Assembly: GCA_946965045.2 (NCBI GenBank)
Contig: OX337229.1
Coordinates: 4,092,001 to 4,156,000 of the forward strand
Direction of reading: 5' to 3'
Source of the DNA: Epithemia pelagica
Lineage: Eukaryota; Protista; Bacillariophyta
DNA length: 64,000 nucleotides
Shown: positions 60,593 to 64,000 of the stretch, in pieces
Layout of the letters: each line of letters starts with the position of its first letter
Numbering within the stretch: the first letter of the stretch is position 1
Notes under the pieces: model-generated
Database searches by the model: none
What the model saw: only the letters and a program-made list of their open reading frames with translations
Told to the model about the DNA's origin: nothing
Program-made: the position numbers and the translations under genes

Positions 60593-62810
60593 TCTTTCAA
60601 TTTCCAGTCTTGATGATGATTGGCCCTTCTTTGCGATTGTTACACTCGTCGCTGGATCCAAGTTTCTACCAAGCTGTTGATCGTTGGAATCTCTCTCTCA
60701 CTCTCGGATGATACACGTCGTAGTCCAAAGACTGAATGGTCACGTTGGACGATCGTTCAATGGTTTGGCGGTCACTCTCAACGGAATGTCCAACTCAACG
60801 CAACGGCACTAGCAGTTGAACGAGAAACTCGGTTTCTTTTTTGGGAGAGGTGCGCTCCTCCAACAGCAATCGGTAGTCCGTGCGTGACGCAAAAGAGCCA
60901 AACTTGTGAGATGTGAGACTTCTCTCGCCGAGAGTGAGGAAGGAAAACACTCTCAATCCGAAATCACACCCGAGTCTCTCTTCTAGAGTTGCTGGGACGA
61001 TGGATGACTATGGGAAAGCACACACAACGAGAGAATCCCACCGAGACAACGGGCGGGAGGTTGTTGCAACAGCGTCTCTTGTCTCCAATCAAATTATTTC
61101 GAAACCACACGGAGTGGACGCCCACCGAGAGATTGATGCTGTTATTTTGTGGGCAAAGTCGCGCCGGGCGGCTAGTCTGGTAGTAATCCGTCGACCGTAC
61201 CTGCGTACAGTCTATCTGTACTTCAGTTCTTCGCGTCATCGGGATCTCAAACGCCCGTCGGCCTTGACACACATATTGACACGAATGATGGGGGACCAAA
61301 AGACTGTCGATTCGGTATGGCCCCTCCGTTGGGGCGCGCCGCACTCTACAGGTAGAGGAATTTGGCGGACGTTGATTCGTGCCATTCCAGGCGTTGAGCC
61401 ATGTGTGCCAAAGTTCGCGCGCAGATACCCGAAAACTTCTGAGCGTGAGAAAGAAAATTTACACTAAATAAAAATCAGGATCTATCCGTTTGAGATTTAT
61501 AGGTTGTACGCGAAATCCCCACAAACCCCAAGACTTGCTACCACTCTCCTCCTTTGCACGATCCGATAGGATTTTTGGTTATGCTCGCCATGGTCATTCA
61601 TGGCGACCGTCATTTCGTGGATTATTGTCAAAGGAGGCGGCCGCACATGAAAAAGGACAACAGCATCATAACACCACATGCGCAGGATGCGGGAAACGAA
61701 TGACCCACGACTCTATTCCGAACAATCCTGACCAAAAAAAATTCCTTGTATTCTCGTTTCCGCAGTAGCACTCAAGTCTCACCGCAAAACGACCGTGGAG
61801 TGAAGACATGTGTCTACATAGGTTGTTGGGAAAATGAGACTGTTGCTAAATAGGGGTCGGTGTGTTTCTGTCTAGGTGTAGCCTCGTTTTCGTGCATGGG
61901 TCACGTGTCACGTAGTCTCGACTCCGTCCAAGCCTCCACCATCATCACGTCCACCACTTTCCCGGTCCTGTGCTTTTGGATGTACGTCGAACCTCCTTTG
62001 TCTGGTTGGTATTCACGATGCACGTGCACACCACGATGGAGGAGCCAACAGGAGCCCGTCGGTAGTTGTCCTCTTGTTGGCAACCATCACGGGACTACGT
62101 GTCACCTCTCAGGTATTGACTTTCATGTTTCTCATCATACTATAGGTGGAGACCAAGGCCTACTTTCTAAAGCTAGCTGTAGAATCTACGAGAAGAATCC
62201 TTTCTCTCTGCGGTATTCGTGTGCTCGGTCGACTGACACGCCGTGGAGGCGGTTCCCACACAGAACTTCGAATGAATGCTAGTGTGGGCGTCCATCGCAC
62301 ACCCGCTTCCTCTCCTCGGAATGCCCCACCTGTTATTAGTGTTATGTGTGTGCTCCTTCTCAAAGCGCCTCCAAAAGAGGGGTGGAAGACACATGAAACT
62401 CTATATGACACTACGAATCACGAGCAACCCAATTCGAAGCTATACTACTAGCACTAGGTAGTATCCCTCTCCTACTCCTACCTATCTATCCACACTTGTT
62501 CTGATATCTTCGTTCCAATGATTCCGTTTCGTACACATGTATATCTCGAGACAAACCATAGATCGGATGCCACGAACAGATTCACCGAACAATACATGAA
62601 CTGAAATCGGTTTTGTTGTATCCGGTTTGGATCATGTTTTGCTCATTGTTTTCTCCTCCAAGTACTCTCAAAACAACACGAGAGAGGATTCACCACACAA
62701 ACTCTCGCCCAGTAAACCAAACAAAGTCCCTAGTAGAGAAATCTGTTGGATTGTTGGTTGTTTGGCATTTGATTGATTGACCCACCAAGAACCAATCCTC
62801 CAAGGCTTTC

Positions 62811-64000
62811 ATGTATCCTGTCAAACCTCGCAGCAGTACCATGACCACCATTACCAACAACCCTCGTAGTAGCAGCAGTCCCGTTTTGTTGCTCCCCAAG
62901 AAAAAGTCCATGCCCTATGGTCGTCGTGGTGGCAGCAGTAATCAGTACCACTCGTCGTCGACGGGTTTGACGGTGAATCGGTGTTTGTGGATTTTTGTTC
63001 TGGGCTTTGTCTTGGGCAGTCTTACCTTGCATCCCGTATGGACGAACAGCAGCAGTAGTGAAGTTGCACAAGAACAACCAATGGATCTTGTCGTTGTCCC
63101 GGTGAGTCCCGATCGTTCCCTGTCAACCACCACAGAGGCATCCACCGCCAATACCCGAATCTTGTTGGATGAACCAGGATCCATGTTGCGGAGCACCAAA
63201 ACCACAGAGGCATCCTCCCATCACCACCACCACCACGACCATACAAAGGCTACTCGTTTGCGGGACCGTCGTCATTTGCATCCTTCCGTCTTGACGACAA
63301 CGACCAGCCACAACAACAACAAGAAGGACACAGCACTGCTGCCGCCGCAGTCCTCGTCCTTGCTTCGCATGGGCCAAGCCTTGTCCCGTACCCCCATTGG
63401 TCATTTGGGTCCCCAAAAAACCTCTCGTCACAGCCTCTTGTACTATGACACCTTGTTTTATTTGAGTTTGCAGTATGGTCCAGAGGCTCGTTCCTTGTTG
63501 GAAGTGGGATGTGCCGCCGATCCCTTTGTTCAATACTTGACATGGATTCCACAACGAACCTGTGTGGCACCCTATCAAGTCCAATACAATGGCAACAATC
63601 ATGGAGGCAGTACGCGGACCACGCGTCGTCCAGCGACAGATGCTACTACCGTGAAAGCATCATCTTATTCGTCCCGCAACACCCAAGCAACGTCCGACAT
63701 GCAATTTGTACAAGCCGATTTTATGCAGTATCATGGGACACCGCACAATGTTTACAACCTCAAGAGTCCATCATCTACTGCGGCAGCTACCAGCCAGGAC
63801 GACGACTTGTTTGATTTGTTGATTTGCAGTCAAGTCGTGGAACACGTGGCGAATCCCGGAGCCTTTTTGCACAAGCTCGTGTCGACCGCCAAGACGAGTA
63901 TTGTTTCGGTACCCTATCAGTGGCCGGATTGTGGTCCCAATTGTCATCACATTTCCAACAATATTGATTTGAATACCATTTGGTCCTGGACCGCACCGTA
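62811..64000 (+). CDS. Type II membrane class I SAM-dependent methyltransferase (partial; runs off the window, not in the ORF track)
   Basis: Hand translation from ATG 62811 is open to the window end: TM CLWIFVLGFVLGSL, motif I SLLEVGC, FVQADFM, FDLLICSQVVEHVANP..VSVPYQW. Confidence 0.82.
   Translation, partial: MYPVKPRSSTMTTITNNPRSSSSPVLLLPKKKSMPYGRRGGSSNQYHSSSTGLTVNRCLWIFVLGFVLGSLTLHPVWTNSSSSEVAQEQPMDLVVVPVSPDRSLSTTTEASTANTRILLDEPGSMLRSTKTTEASSHHHHHHDHTKATRLRDRRHLHPSVLTTTTSHNNNKKDTALLPPQSSSLLRMGQALSRTPIGHLGPQKTSRHSLLYYDTLFYLSLQYGPEARSLLEVGCAADPFVQYLTWIPQRTCVAPYQVQYNGNNHGGSTRTTRRPATDATTVKASSYSSRNTQATSDMQFVQADFMQYHGTPHNVYNLKSPSSTAAATSQDDDLFDLLICSQVVEHVANPGAFLHKLVSTAKTSIVSVPYQWPDCGPNCHHISNNIDLNTIWSWTAP

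Noticed and set aside
60900-62460. Several 60-184 aa ORFs
   Set aside because: Non-ATG starts or no motifs, inconsistent strands, and the one candidate intron is only 33 nt; left unannotated.

Overview
Eukaryotic nuclear DNA with compact genes, short GT-AG introns and poly-T/Q/N low-complexity tracts. The gene content and retroelement types suggest a pennate diatom (inference). (1) Bases 1-~7400 hold an Ambal-like non-LTR retrotransposon on the minus strand. Its ORF2 continues past a premature TAA through RNase H and a frameshifted CCHC knuckle that the ORF track omits. (2) Single-copy genes follow: uridine kinase, a low-complexity protein, a GH28 with a C-terminal TM helix, a serine carboxypeptidase and a cupin-DUF952 fusion. 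(3) An ~11.5-kb tandem segmental duplication (copy A 16700-28266, copy B 28267-48480) carries BUD31, PTGES2-like, a 266-aa hypothetical, ALG5-like, Erf4-like and GT32-like genes, joined at a near-microhomology junction that truncates a GT32 gene. (4) Copy B contains a 9,056-bp tyrosine-recombinase (DIRS-order) retrotransposon with split direct repeats A1-ORFs-B1-A2-B2. It is flanked by an exact 170-bp host duplication, its gag and pol are in one frame separated by a single TGA, and pol begins with an apparently degenerate C5-cytosine methyltransferase-like domain. (5) Copy A has a 174-bp TG...CA element with 16-bp TIRs and a 4-bp TSD in the same promoter. (6) The window ends with two more GT32-like genes, VWA8, a type I membrane protein and a partial type II membrane SAM methyltransferase. 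All family assignments come from motif recognition by eye; no database searches were run.
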